A DNA stretch of 63,478 nt, the filler included, from Octopus bimaculoides (taxonomy: Eukaryota), in the NCBI RefSeq assembly GCF_001194135.2. It is 8 parts of 7 records of this genome, joined end to end, with 100 filler letters (N's around TTAATTAATTAA, not from the genome) between each part and the next. Parts side by side here need not be neighbours in the genome. Positions count along the whole stretch, not along the records: positions 22,799 to 47,552 come from NC_068986.1; 7 more parts are not named here. One strand, written 5' to 3'. A model generated the notes under the pieces. The model was given only the letters and a program-made list of their open reading frames with translations, ran no database searches and was not told where the DNA came from. The position numbers and the translations under genes were made by a program. Numbering within the stretch: position 1 is the first letter of the stretch; each line of letters starts with the position of its first letter. Below are positions 25,253 through 37,688 of the stretch, one piece after another.

Positions 25253-25493
25253 TCTACAGACAAAATGCCTCGCCTTATTTGTTCCGGATCTTTACGTTCT
25301 AATTTCAAATTTTGTGGAGGTCAGCTTTTGCCTTTCAGCCTTTACGGGTATCCATAAAATGAAGAGCCGGTCAAAATACTGACTGACCGGGGGTTAATTT
25401 GACCGTCTAACACCTCCCACATTCTGAAATGTCACCTTCTGTCTAAATTACAAACAATTATTATGTCATCATCATCATCATCATCATCATGTA

Positions 25494-25692
25494 TAGTGGA
25501 CGGTAGAGACATTGAAGTATGGACTAAAGTGCTTTCCGATATGCAGAATCGTCTCTTTGGTGTCCGAGTTCAAATCCTGCAGGGGACAAATCTATCTTCC
25601 CCCATTGGTAGTACCAGTGAAATACTGGATTCGATTCATTTAAATTCTGCCCCATCCCCTAAGCTTGTGAACTTGTACCTATGTCAGAAATC
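25494..25692 (+). mobile_element. Degraded SINE family C
   Basis: CCGAGTTCAAATCC B-box-like, TACCAGTGAAATACTGGATTCGAT core, CTTGTACCTATGTCAGAAA tail. Confidence 0.6.
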
Positions 25693-25735
25693 CTTTTGTT
25701 GTTGTTATTGGCGTTCATTGTTGTCTTTGTGTCAT

Positions 25736-25793
25736 CTGTGGTCAAGCCAGCTGTGGTCAAGCCAGCTGTGGTCAAGCCAGCTGTGGTCAAGCA
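25736..25793. repeat. 15-bp minisatellite CTGTGGTCAAGCCAG, about 3.9 copies
   Basis: Direct inspection. Confidence 0.95.
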
Positions 25794-25889
25794 GCCGTTG
25801 TTAACATTGTTGATATGGCTGCTTTTGTTTGTATCCCCCCCTCTCCGATCTGGGTTAGCTTTGGCGATCAAACTTATGTTAAGAGTTTA

Positions 25890-26060
25890 GGTTTTGCTTA
25901 ACCCTGAGTTAGCCCCGACAGAAAAGACCTATGATAAGAAGGCATTTCAGCCGTGACCATCCCGTCTATATCTTGTATTCAATGTATCATTTTTTAAAAT
26001 GAATTGCGGGTAATTTAGTGTTTACTTCTAGCAGGTCTAACCATTACGTGCAGGCTCCAT
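25890..26060 (+). repeat. Dispersed repeat family D fragment (unclassified)
   Basis: GACCTATGAT..AAGGCATTTCAGCCGTGACCATCCCGTCT...TTCTAGCAGGTC; inverted homologue at 46790-47000. Confidence 0.6.
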
Positions 26061-26757
26061 CATAGGTTCGATGTTATAAGTCGAAGTTATAAGTGCTTTC
26101 CCCAGCATCAGTTTATCAACTGTTCTGTGTTCGAATCCTGCATCGGACCACCCGTAACTTTTATTTCTGCAGGACGGCTGTTGGTGTTATAAATACCCGT
26201 GTACTTCTATCTTCGTAAAAGCTTCATACTCAGTTATGCTATTCGAAGCACCATGAACATCACAGCACAACATTCCGCCCTTAAATCTGAGATCCTATCA
26301 TATATATTTCCAAATAAAAATTGGTTATCAATGTTATCGACTTGTTGTTTATAGATTAGCGCTGGTTGAGCCGACCTATAAACAAACGCGTTCCAATCGT
26401 GACCACCCAGTCTTGTTTTGAGACATACTGTATCTGTTACTCCTGTATCTCAAATGACCCTTTACATGTCATTTTAGAGGTATTTAACTGCTGCTTCGAG
26501 ATTCTCCAAAGCGCAAGTTGTCTCACAATTCGGCGGGACGGTTTCGAATACCAGTAGTAATATTTTGAATCACAGAGAGTCTCTTATTCTGCAGGAATTT
26601 CTGCTTTGGAAATCACTTCGATGAGGGGAAAATGCAGCAAGGGCACGAAGCAAAACAGCAGTAACAACAACAACATTGATAGCGAAAGGAATTTAACTGT
26701 CATCTTATTCCAATTAGGATTATAATGAATTATAGTTATGATGGTGATGGCTGTAAT

Positions 26758-26796
<39 letters not shown>

Positions 26797-27237
26797 CTGT
26801 CAGTCTGTCTGTCTACACGCACACACATACACACGCACAGTATATATACACACTGTATATAAACATATATACACACATGATATACAAGAGACTGCCGGTA
26901 CTAAGCTTGAAGCATGGGTAGACTACTACTACTACCACTACTACTATCACTAGTAGTAGTATTAGTAGTAGTAGTAGTAGTATGAACACATGTGCGACGC
27001 TGCTTGACAACCAGTAACGCCTCCATTCCGTGGCTGCACAGTTTTACTCACAAACACGCACACACTCACCACTCACATACCATACTCTTCCCCACCTCCA
27101 CCCTCACCCACACATACCCCTGTGTACATTGTTCCACTCCCTTCCACTCCCCTCACATCATCCACCCGACATCACACGCTAACACCCCACTAGCACTCCA
27201 CTAACGAGCACGGATTACATACAAGGCATCACAGCTG

Positions 27238-27276
<39 letters not shown>

Positions 27277-27286
27277 GTCTGTTTGC

Positions 27287-27320
<34 letters not shown>

Positions 27321-27503
27321 CTTTGTCTGTCTGTCTATCTATCTGTCTGTCTGTCTGTCTGTCTTATAGACACACTTTTTGTGCGTATATACATGTATAT
27401 GTACGAAATATATATAATGGATGTATGTGTATGCATGTATGTATGGATGTATATGTAATATATATATAACATGTATATATGTACATAACATATATACATG
27501 TAT

Positions 27504-27898
27504 ACTCTTTTACTTGTTTCAGTCTTTTAACTGCGGCCATGCTGGAGCACCGCCTTTCGTCGAGCAAATCGACCCCAGGACTTATTCTTTAGAAGCCTAG
27601 TACTTATTCTATCGGTCTCTTTTGCCGAACCGCAAAGTTACGGGGACATAAACACACCAGCATCGGTTGTCAAGCGATGTTGGGGGGACAAACACAGACA
27701 CACAAACACATACATACACACACATATATATACATATATACGACGGGCTTCTTTCAGTTTCCGTCTACCAAATCCACTCACAAGGCTTTGGTCGGCCCGA
27801 GGCTATAGTAGAAGACACTTGCCCAAGATGCCACGCAGTGGGACTGAACCCGGGACCATGTGGTTGGTAAGCAAGCTACTTACCACACAGCCACTCCT
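27504..27898 (-). mobile_element. Full-length young SINE family A
   Basis: Complete head, body and tail with CpGs intact. Confidence 0.93.
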
Positions 27899-27916
27899 AT
27901 ATATAAAACATATATA

Positions 27917-27952
<36 letters not shown>

Positions 27953-28252
27953 ACACACACACACACACATATAACATGATATATAGCTTATACTTATACA
28001 TATGTGTGTGACTGTGTGTGTGTGTGCGTATACATACACACACATATCTACGTGTAGTATATATATCACAAACATTATAAGCAACAAATGATACACACTC
28101 ATATTTACCCACACTATTACACACTTATACACACGTTCGCGCGCGCATGTCCAGTGGTTGGTGGACTTTTTAATTGGATTTAAACACAAGTGTTACTATC
28201 TTCGTTTATGAGCGTGTGTATGTATGTGTATGTACGTACATACGTGAGTTAA

Positions 28253-28309
<57 letters not shown>

Positions 28310-28342
28310 CCTATGTGGCGTGTGTATATACGTGTGACTATA

Positions 28343-28735
28343 TAGGCGCAGGAGTGGCTATGTGGTAAGTAGCATACTTACCAACCACATGGTTCCAGGT
28401 TCAGTCCCACTACGTGACACCTTGGGCAAGTATCTTCTACTGTTGCTTCGTGCCGACCAAAGGCTTGTGAGTGGATTTGGTAGACGGAAACTGAAAGAAG
28501 CCCGTCGTATATATATATATATATATATTTGTGTGTGTCTGTGTTTGTGCCCCCACCATCGCTTGACAACCGATGCTGGTGTGTTTACGTCCCCGTAAAT
28601 TAGCGGGTCGGCCAAAGAGCCCGATAAAATAAGTACTAAGCTTACAAAGAATAAGTCCTGGGGTCAATTTGCTCGTCTAAAGGCGGTGCTCCAGCCTGGT
28701 CTCAGTCAAATGACTAAAACAATGGAATAAAAGAA
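28343..28735 (+). mobile_element. Full-length SINE family A
   Basis: TAGGCGCAGGAGTGGCTATGTGGTAAGTAGC...GGTTCAGTCCCAC... through ...CAGTCAAATGACTAAAAC. Confidence 0.93.
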
Positions 28736-29280
28736 TGTACATGTGTGTGTGTATGCATGTGTTTACATGTGTGTGTATGCATATATCTGCGCCTGGAGAT
28801 GTTGCCACTCATGTCTGTGAGCGTGTGGTGCGTCATTATCTCAAATGTATTTCTTTATCTCTCCTTCTCTCTCTCTCTCTCTCCTTCTCTCCCCCTCTCT
28901 CTCCCCCTCTCTCCCTCCCTCTCTGTATGTGTGTGTGCGCGTGGCAGCATGAAGCTCCGGTGTGTTGTTAATGAGTGTGTATACATAAAACCATATATTT
29001 ACATACCACAAAACTTTGCCCGATTGTACTAATGTATAAACACGCACACACACATATATTTGTGCATTCACATACAGGACGGGCATGGTTGTAAAGTCTT
29101 TGACCGTGTGTGTTACATTATAGCTTCTATGGCTGAACAACAAGAAACTACATACACACACACTCAAATAGATCATGCCCCTCCCCTCAATTACGGGTTT
29201 TATGTTTAGATATGAGTATAGAAGTGTATCTGCGTGTACATCTATTCTATAGTATCTATATGCATGTACTATGTATGTAT

Positions 29281-29349
<69 letters not shown>

Positions 29350-29930
29350 GTGTTGTTTGTATCAGAGAGAGAGGGGGAGTATATTACAATAGTTGAAGGG
29401 AAGCGACGTTCGTTCTGAATGGAGACGGAAGGTGACTGGGTCACTGTACTTCGTTCTGATGGCCAGAGTAAAAAGGAAGTGGTTATAATTCCGTATGGAA
29501 CAAATATGGTAAGGGACTTTCTCTCAAGATACACCAACGGTGTGTCGGTTTCATGGTCAATATTTACGATTTTCGTTGTCAAACATCGCTAAAAATCACA
29601 TACATACGTGTGTATGAGTGTGCGTGTGTATGTGTCCATGTGAGCGCACATATGGCATGGCTTTTATGAATGTGTTGTTTCTTTGTTGTTTAACACTAGG
29701 TCAGCTCTAAATGAGTCAACCTACAACCAAAAGCAGCTCAGCAGTGCATATCCCATGTATATATAGATACATGTGTGCGTGTGTGTGTGTGTGTGTGATA
29801 TCCAGGTTTATTTGTCTATATAATCGTACGAGTTACATGTGTGTGCCTGTGTGAATGTGATCCATGAGTTTATAGATTTGAATGTGTATGTCTTCGTGTA
29901 CGCCCGTGCACACTCACACATTTGTGTAAG

Positions 29931-29974
<44 letters not shown>

Positions 29975-30120
29975 TGTGTGTGTATGTGTGTGTGTGTGTG
30001 TTACAAGTACAAAACTATTCAAAGAGATTCCGAACAGTTTCCGCTACCAATACTATCTTAGCTTAAATTGATTAATTTGTTGTGAAACTAATTCTATGAG
30101 CGATACGGCATAACCATTAA

Positions 30121-30627
30121 CTCTTCGTCGGCCGGCGGGGTTGGAATTACCCAAAAGGCCATTGGAGTCCCCTTTTATTTTTGCTCATTTCCGCACTGTC
30201 CATAAAATAATATTTGTTTAATCTTGTATTCTGTGTGAGTGCATGATACAGAACAAGTTTTAGAAACTATACATAGAGCACTAAATATAAAATAAAACAA
30301 AAAGAATAAAAGAAAAAAGTATATCGATTCATACCAGTACAAATACGAAGAAAATTGACTTGTTGTTCATCAGAATATCTGAAAAAAGAACAGGAAAAAA
30401 AATTCTCTGAAGGGGAATGGGGGCCAGTTGGACCCCAATGGCCATATTTTATGCTATAACATCCATAGGACTGGAAATTTTTAACTCAAAATTTGTAGGT
30501 GCATACATAAACTATTGACAATAAAAGTCATGAGATATAAAATCAGTTAAATAAACAAAAAATGTAAAAGTTGCATAACCTTTAAAATTTGCTGGGGTCC
30601 CGAAGGACTCCATCGACCCACGAAGGA
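30121..30627. mobile_element. piggyBac-type MITE flanked by TTAA
   Basis: TTAA at 30117-30120 and 30628-30631; imperfect TIR CTCTTCGTCGGCCGGCGGGGT versus reverse complement TCCTTCGTGGGTCGATGGAGT (14/21). Confidence 0.7.
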
Positions 30628-30737
30628 TTAACATCAAATAACAATGGTGTTTCTGAAGAGTGGATCGATCTTTTAGAAATAGAATCTTCCTCAACTCACA
30701 CATTTATTGAAGCAAAGGTCATTTTGCATAAAAGTTG

Positions 30738-31080
30738 TGAGTATAGTCGTGTGGTGTAAGAGTTCGCTTCGCACGCAGGGGTTTCGACACGGGGCAACAA
30801 GTAACTTCTGCTCTTGCCTAGGTTTAACTATAGCATCTTCAATGGAATTTGGCAGGTAGAAACTGAGCAGAAACCTGTGACACTGTGTGTGTGTCCCACT
30901 GCTTGACAACCGGTGTTGGTTTGGTTATGTCCCGACAGCGTAGCAATCATGTAACAAAAAGATTTGATAGACGGAGTAAATCTCGGATTTAAAACAAATG
31001 CTGGAGTCAATTTGATCGACAAAACCATTAAATGTGATGGTGTCCTAACATGGCCACCATTTAATCAATGACACAAAATA
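30738..31080 (+). mobile_element. Old SINE family A
   Basis: Diverged but collinear with family A (GAAACTGA, GCTTGACAACCGGTGTTGG, AACATGGCC). Confidence 0.65.
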
Positions 31081-31169
31081 ATTATATAATTATGTGTGTG
31101 CGTGTATATATGTGTGTGCGCGCACGCGCGTGTGTGAGTGTGTGTATTGGTAATTATGATTATATATGC

Positions 31170-31208
<39 letters not shown>

Positions 31209-31212
<4 letters not shown>

Positions 31213-31470
31213 AGCACTCGGTCGGTTACGACGACAAGGGTCCCAGCTGATCCGATCAACGGAACAGCCTACTCTTGAAATTAACGTGTTGAGTACTCCA
31301 CAGACACGTGTACCCTTAACGTAGTTCTCAGGGAGATTCAGCGTGACACAGAATGTGACAAGGCTGGTTCTTAGAAATACTGGTACTACTCATTTTTGCC
31401 ACCTGAGTGAAATGGAGCAACGTGAAATAAAGTGTCTTGCTCAAGGACACATAGCATCGCGGGAAATTGA
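31209..31470 (-). mobile_element. SINE family B (CORE-SINE-like), body type 1
   Basis: Minus strand has GTGTCCTTGAGCAAGACACTTTATTTCACGTTGCTCCATTTCACTCAGGTGGCAAAAATGAG, similar to the CORE domain. Confidence 0.8.
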
Positions 31471-31809
31471 AGAAAGAAAGAAGGAAAGAATGAAAGAAAG
31501 AGAAGAGTTTGTATCAGTATCGACGAAAGAGTAATTGAAACTGAAAGTAGAGTATAAATATATTTGTCGGCTTTCGTTACCCTGTAACCTATCCCTATGT
31601 TAACACCCAATTGATATCAGGTATTCGTTTCTTTATACCCTCGTAACCCAGCTGTTCACCAAGTAAGAGACCTACTGAATATTACCACACTTTAAGTAAA
31701 GTACTGGAGCCGACGTGATCGGCTGAAAAGCTCTTCTAGACAGTGCCGCAGTCATGCGGTACAATGCCTGAAACCATTAAAAGAATGTAGAGATAATAAA
31801 TAACACCTG

Positions 31810-31940
31810 TTGGTTAATGTTGGCTTTACAATCGTAAGGTCGTAGGTTCGATTTCTGGATCGGGCTACACGTTTTATCTTTGAGCAAGCCACTTCATTTC
31901 ACAGTGTTCTAGTCTACTCAGTTGAAATGAGTACCAGCAG
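31810..31940 (+). mobile_element. SINE family B head plus CORE-like domain fragment
   Basis: GTAGGTTCGATTTCTGG B-box-like, then TTTGAGCAAGCCACTTCATTTCAC. Confidence 0.65.
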
Positions 31941-32983
31941 ACTACAGGAGCAACTCTTCCTCTCTCTTTTTCTCTCTTTCTCTCCAGATATCGCATAATC
32001 TATGTTCACTGAATCGTGAGCGAGAGAGCATAGACCTTCTAGGCAATCTCGCTCACTTACAGCTGTTTCTGATACGCCTTATAGGCGCGTTCATGGTTCC
32101 GTTTACTCAATCGATCGATTGAAAATATTTAACGACCTTAACAAATAATATCATCAGTTTAAGATTCACAAATAAAGAAATATGTAAAGCACATTATATT
32201 TATACCTTTTCTGATGTGTGTGTGTGTATCGGAATATTTATTATAAACAAACTTACAAGCGCCGACTAAGTTGAGGTTTTATAGAAAAGAAAGTAAATAT
32301 CGAACGCTGAATAGCTGTGAAAACAGCTTAGAAGGTCGGGTAAATAGCCTTAGAAAACACAAAATAAAAGTAGTCTGCAAGAGGTTACAGAGAACTGAAC
32401 ACTGTACCCCCACAAACTCCGGCTGACCACTCTGTCCCATTTAGTTAAGCGATCCGTGACAACAAAGATCGTCTACTATAACGCTAAATAAGTTTGTTTA
32501 TAATAAAAGAGTTCTCACATTCCAAAAGCTATTGTTTAACTGTCACTTGAATTTCCTATGAAAAAAATAGTTTCGACATATGAATATTTCGGGTAACGAA
32601 CGGTCTTCAGGAACGAATTAAATTCGCAAGCTGAGTTTCCACTATTTGGCTATACTACAGACATTTGTTTTTCTGATCCTACTGAAGATATACAGCCTTA
32701 AAATTGCACGTCCAGAAACGAAATGTTCCAGGCCTTTTTTCTACGCCATTTTCTTCACACACTGTTTAGTGGACGATTTTTTTCTCACACCAAACAGATG
32801 TTTATTTCTGTCGCATAATTTTTAATGTAGGCATAATGTCATTATTCTGAAAGTGGCGGAATATTCCACAGATACCAGACACGTGTACCCTTAACATAAT
32901 TCTCAAGTAGAATCAGCATGACACAGTGTAACAAGGTTAGACCTTTGAATTATACACATATACGTATACATATATATAATATA

Positions 32984-33037
<54 letters not shown>

Positions 33038-34660
33038 GACACACACACACACACTTATATATTTATAAAGAGGGAGAGGGAGACCTATGTATGTACAGTA
33101 TATATGTGTATGCGAGGGTGAATGGGTGTATAGAGAAGGGAGAGAGCGAGGTTGAAAGACTGAACACTGAAGAGAGATATCTTATTTCCATATAATTAGA
33201 AATATTTGAAGTGTCTCTCCATTTTAGTTAATTAATTGCCATAAACTTAATAATTTTTACGTTTATTGGGCATTCGTTTTGCATGATAGAATAATTTTCA
33301 GTACCACGGGGAAGTATTTATCCACTTATGAACGCCCCCCCCCCCACACACACGTACAGCTTGTGTACAAGTAATCATGAGAATTCTTACGATGAAGGGG
33401 TTGGTCTCTGAATAATAAACAAAACGCAAATATTATAATTTGAATAACAGAAATGTTACATGTTAGACTTTAGAAAAAGCTCGCATAGTTTTGCTATTCC
33501 GCTTACATGTTATTTCTAAAGTCTATGTAAGCTGGTCGGCGTCTTTGTATGAAAATCCAGGCGTTTTTGATTATCAAACACACACACATACACTTTTCGC
33601 AATGTCACTCATACGTGTGATTGACGACGCAATATTAAGAGAATAATAGTCGATTAGCAGAACATCAGAGTATTATAGTTAGGCCGATTCTTATTGGTCA
33701 GTTTGGGTTACGCTGTGGAAAATGTTGCAGGTTGAAAATGGACGGCTCCTTCAAAGTAAGGGATGGTAAAACTTTCAAATCTATAATCGTTAAAGGCAGC
33801 TAAACCATGTACTTCACCGAATCCGACTGCTTTAAGTTTGTGTCGTTCGGCCTGGAGATTGTTCAAGAGAAAACTTCTCTGACGATTTTGAGACATTCTT
33901 TCAGATCACTCTTGTCTTCCATTTAGCTTTTTATCTTTTATATGTTTCAATTATGGGACTGCAGTCTTTTGTCGGATGGGGGAACCACCTTGAAGGGTTT
34001 CAGTGGAGCAAATCGACCCTGGACTTATTGCTTCTAAGTTTGGTAATTATTTATGTCGGTCAATTTTGACGAACCTCTAAGTTATAGGGTGATAAACAAT
34101 CCAGCCCCACCCCGGTTGTCATGCTATGGTGGAAGACAAGTGAAATTTTCACAGACTGTTGTACCCTTAATATTAATCATAGACAGATACAATACGACAT
34201 TGTATGAGAAAGCTGTTTCTCTCCAAGTTTCGTTTACAAGGATTGTCACGACTCAGTCATATGGTGGAAGCTATTTGCCAAATACAGTGGGAGAGAATAC
34301 AGGACCACAAAAGCCATGCTCTCTCCTGGAGCCCCTGTCTCAGTTCATGTATCAAATAATTCATATATTACATTGCAATATGGTTTGTCATCTTGTTATG
34401 TTACAATATTGAGTACTGCATAGCATTGGTATAAATATTGATATTTTACATATTATTGCATGTTACGTTACCGTACATATCAATATCAGTCTTATAATAC
34501 AGTATTAGTATTGTTTCACATTACACAATTAATTTATATAACATTAGCATATAGTAATGGTATATATCATTCATATATAGTAATATTAGTGTTATAATGC
34601 AATATTTTATATCAACATAGTGATATCAATATTAGATTACAATATTAATTTATATAATAT

Positions 34661-34843
34661 TGGTTTCAAATGTTGGCACTAGACCAGCAATTTCGGTGGA
34701 GCGGTTAGTTGCTTATTTAATCGACTCTGAAAGGACGGAAAGTAAAGAGGACATCGGCGAAATTTGAACTCAGAATATACAGGCGGACGAAACGCCGCTA
34801 AGCATTTTGCTCAGCGTGCAAACGGTTCTGCCAGCTCACAGCC
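34661..34843 (-). mobile_element. SINE family C
   Basis: Reverse complement of the family C head (GAGCTGGCAGAACCGTT...GCTTAGCGG...GAGTTCAAAT). Confidence 0.8.
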
Positions 34844-34862
34844 TTATTAATTCATATAATAT

Positions 34863-35046
34863 TGACTTCAAATTTTGACACTGGGCTTCTTCGTGGGAGT
34901 CCATTATATCTACCTTAGTACTCAACTCGACCTCGAATTGATGACAAGCAAAGTCGACCTCGGTGGAATTTGAACCCAGAACGTGAAGACAGAGGAAATG
35001 CCGCTAAGCATTTCACCCGGCATGTTAACGGTTCTGCTAACTCGCC
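34863..35046 (-). mobile_element. SINE family C (tandem neighbour of previous copy)
   Basis: AAAGTCGACCTCGGTGGAATTTGAACCCAGAACGT...CTAAGCATTTCACCCGG...GTTCTGCTAACTCGCC. Confidence 0.85.
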
Positions 35047-35837
35047 TTCTTATTAATTCATATAATATTAAAACACATTAACATTAGTGTTAAGTTACAT
35101 TACCAATCTATAATATTGTTTTTATATAGCATTCATATTTAAGAATATTAGTGTTACATAACAATGTTATAATATGAGAGTTGCTACAGTATATCAAATA
35201 TATCATATGACTATCATATTGTAATGTTATGTTGTACTATTAGTATTTCATGACTGTTTTAATATCATGCTATATCCCTAATTAGTATTTCATTACATGC
35301 TATGTCACAAGATCATTGTCATATTACATCGTTATATCATATTATTTTGTTACAATCGTTATATATAATATTACATCATTATTTCATTGCTATCGTTACT
35401 AAATCGTTATAATACTCGTATGTTAACTGTTATGCTGCAATGTTACACCATTATTTTACAGTATCAATGTTATATTGCTCCATTACTTTACAGCACAATG
35501 ATGTACTACTGTATTATCGTTATATAACATTATTATGTTACAATATTACCGTTGTCTAATATGTATTATATTGCAATATAATACACAATATTGTTACATT
35601 AAATATTATTTATAGATGATAATATTGCTGTTACATTTTCATTGTTATATTACATTGTTATTTTATAACATACTGCCAAATAATACTGTTACATTACCAT
35701 ATTATTGTTGCATTTCATTATTACATTACAATATCATTTCTATACGAGATTGTCATATTAACTGGCGAGTTCGTTGTCATTTTGTTCCGTCTGCAACGAA
35801 GATAAAAACTTTCGTAGTAGAATATGATTAGCACTGC

Positions 35838-35877
<40 letters not shown>

Positions 35878-36214
35878 GCGTGTGTGCGTGTGTGTGCGTG
35901 CGTGTGTGTGTGTGTGTGTGCGTGCGTGTGTGTTGTATTATAGTGTACTTTATGAGATCTACAACGATACTGTGTACCGTTTATCATTCTAAATATCTAA
36001 CCCTGCCCATCCATCCATCATTGTGTATACGTTATATATATGTCTGATTGCGTGTCTCTGTCTGTCTGCCTGCCTGCCTGTCTGCCTGCCTGTCTGTCTG
36101 TCTGTCTGTCTCTCTCTGTATCGAAAATTATGTTTTCGTGAATTATTTGCTCCGTATTGAAATTATTTCCATACTTGTGGCTGCCATGATTTCGGCGCAA
36201 AACGAATCAGTTGC

Positions 36215-36557
36215 GGCGCGGATTTCGCGTGTTGTGTCTGAAGCCGTGCGCCGTCCCTAGTGACCACTCCAAACACCATGATGTTGGCTGGATGTTTGTT
36301 TTTATCACCCTCGATACATGTCCTCAGATTGACACCCAAACACTCTGAAATGTTCGTACTGGAGCTTCCGATGCGAATGCCAAACAGTACAGCTTGTTTC
36401 AAAATTTCTGGCAGAGTGAATTGCGTCATGGTGCTGTTTTTCTCACAGACGGTACCCAAATGACCCTACTATACTGTGTAGTTGACAAAATAAAAAACAA
36501 ACAATGAGTATGCGCAAAATTAAAAATATAAAATGGCGACAATTTACTCATCGCACC

Positions 36558-36562
<5 letters not shown>
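36215..36562 (-). mobile_element. Tc1/mariner-superfamily remnant: left TIR plus internally deleted transposase
   Basis: Terminus CAGAGGGTGCGATGAGTAAATTGTCGCCAT; MTQFTLPEILKQAVLFGIRIGSSSTNISECLGVNLRT (HTH-like) fused to KHPANIMVFGVVTRDG (catalytic-domain motif). Confidence 0.7.
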
Positions 36563-36652
<90 letters not shown>

Positions 36653-37320
36653 TGTATGTATGCATGCATGCGTGTATGTATGTATATAAGCATATATGTA
36701 CGTATGTATGTATAAAGTGCGTTACTTGTCGTCACATCTAAGAACGATCACTCACATTCTTTAAACAATAAAGGTGAAAAAACACTCCATCATTATTCAT
36801 ATGAAGAAAACATCATTGCACCAGATCCTCATAAACAGGTAGAGCACTCTATTAGAATCGCCACCATTGTTCCAGATATTGGGCTTCTCATCGTTTGTAT
36901 AGCTAGGAGCGCATCCCAAAGATTGATCTTGTCTTCAGAAGATACTTCACACTCCAACAAATAGCGAAATTGTTCAAGGCTCATATGAATCCCACCGTTA
37001 GGGTTTCAATCCCACCTCTAAGACTTTACTCTTGATACTGGTGTTGCTTTTTGCTGTAATTCAGACAAAATTTCTTGACTGCATTTTGAGAAATGCCATC
37101 CGATTGATTGGTATAACTGAGCGACACGTTCTAGCTTCTGACCAAGTCCACTTCCCTTCTCTCTAATTTTTCTGCCGTTACTATAATGGCCTCTGCTCCT
37201 ACGAACTGGTTGGTGTTGTGCCACCTGCGAACTCCTTTCTCCGCTTCTCGTCACTAATATTCTCTTCCTATGTATATGTGTGCATCTATCTATCCATCTA
37301 TCTATCTATCTATCTATCTA

Positions 37321-37355
<35 letters not shown>

Positions 37356-37358
37356 TTA

Positions 37359-37688
37359 TCAGTCCCACTGCGTGACACCTTGGGCAAGTGTCTTCTTCTA
37401 TAGCTTCGGGCCGGCCAAAGCCTTGTGGGTGGATTTGGTAGATGGAAACTGAAAGAAGCCCGTCGTGTGTATGTATTTGTTATTTGTGTCTGTGTTTGTC
37501 CCCGCCCTCCACCATCGCTTGACAACCGATGCTGGTGCGTTTACATCTCCGTAACTTAGCGGTTCGGCAAAATAACCCATATCGAATAAGTACTAGGCTT
37601 ACAAAGAATAGGTCTTGGGATCGATTTGCTCGACTAAAGGTGGTGCTCCAGCATGGCCGCAGTCAAATGACTGAAACAAATAAAAAAA
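37359..37688 (+). mobile_element. SINE family A lacking most of its head
   Basis: Starts at CAGTCCCACTGCGTGACACCTTGGGCAAG directly after (TCTG)n. Confidence 0.88.

Larger units (their letters stand above)
34390..35760. repeat. AT-rich degenerate (TATTA/TGTTA/CATTA-type) low-complexity array with two inserted SINEs
   Basis: Recurrent ATATT, TGTTA and CATTA pentamers; very low GC. Confidence 0.7.

Noticed and set aside
25736-25793. Short direct repeats as a CRISPR-like array (also 21657-21812, 50352-50430)
   Set aside because: Head-to-tail units without unique spacers, eukaryotic context, no cas genes
28343-28420. tRNA-like A/B boxes at SINE heads as tRNA genes
   Set aside because: No complete cloverleaf; they continue into SINE bodies and occur as many diverged copies
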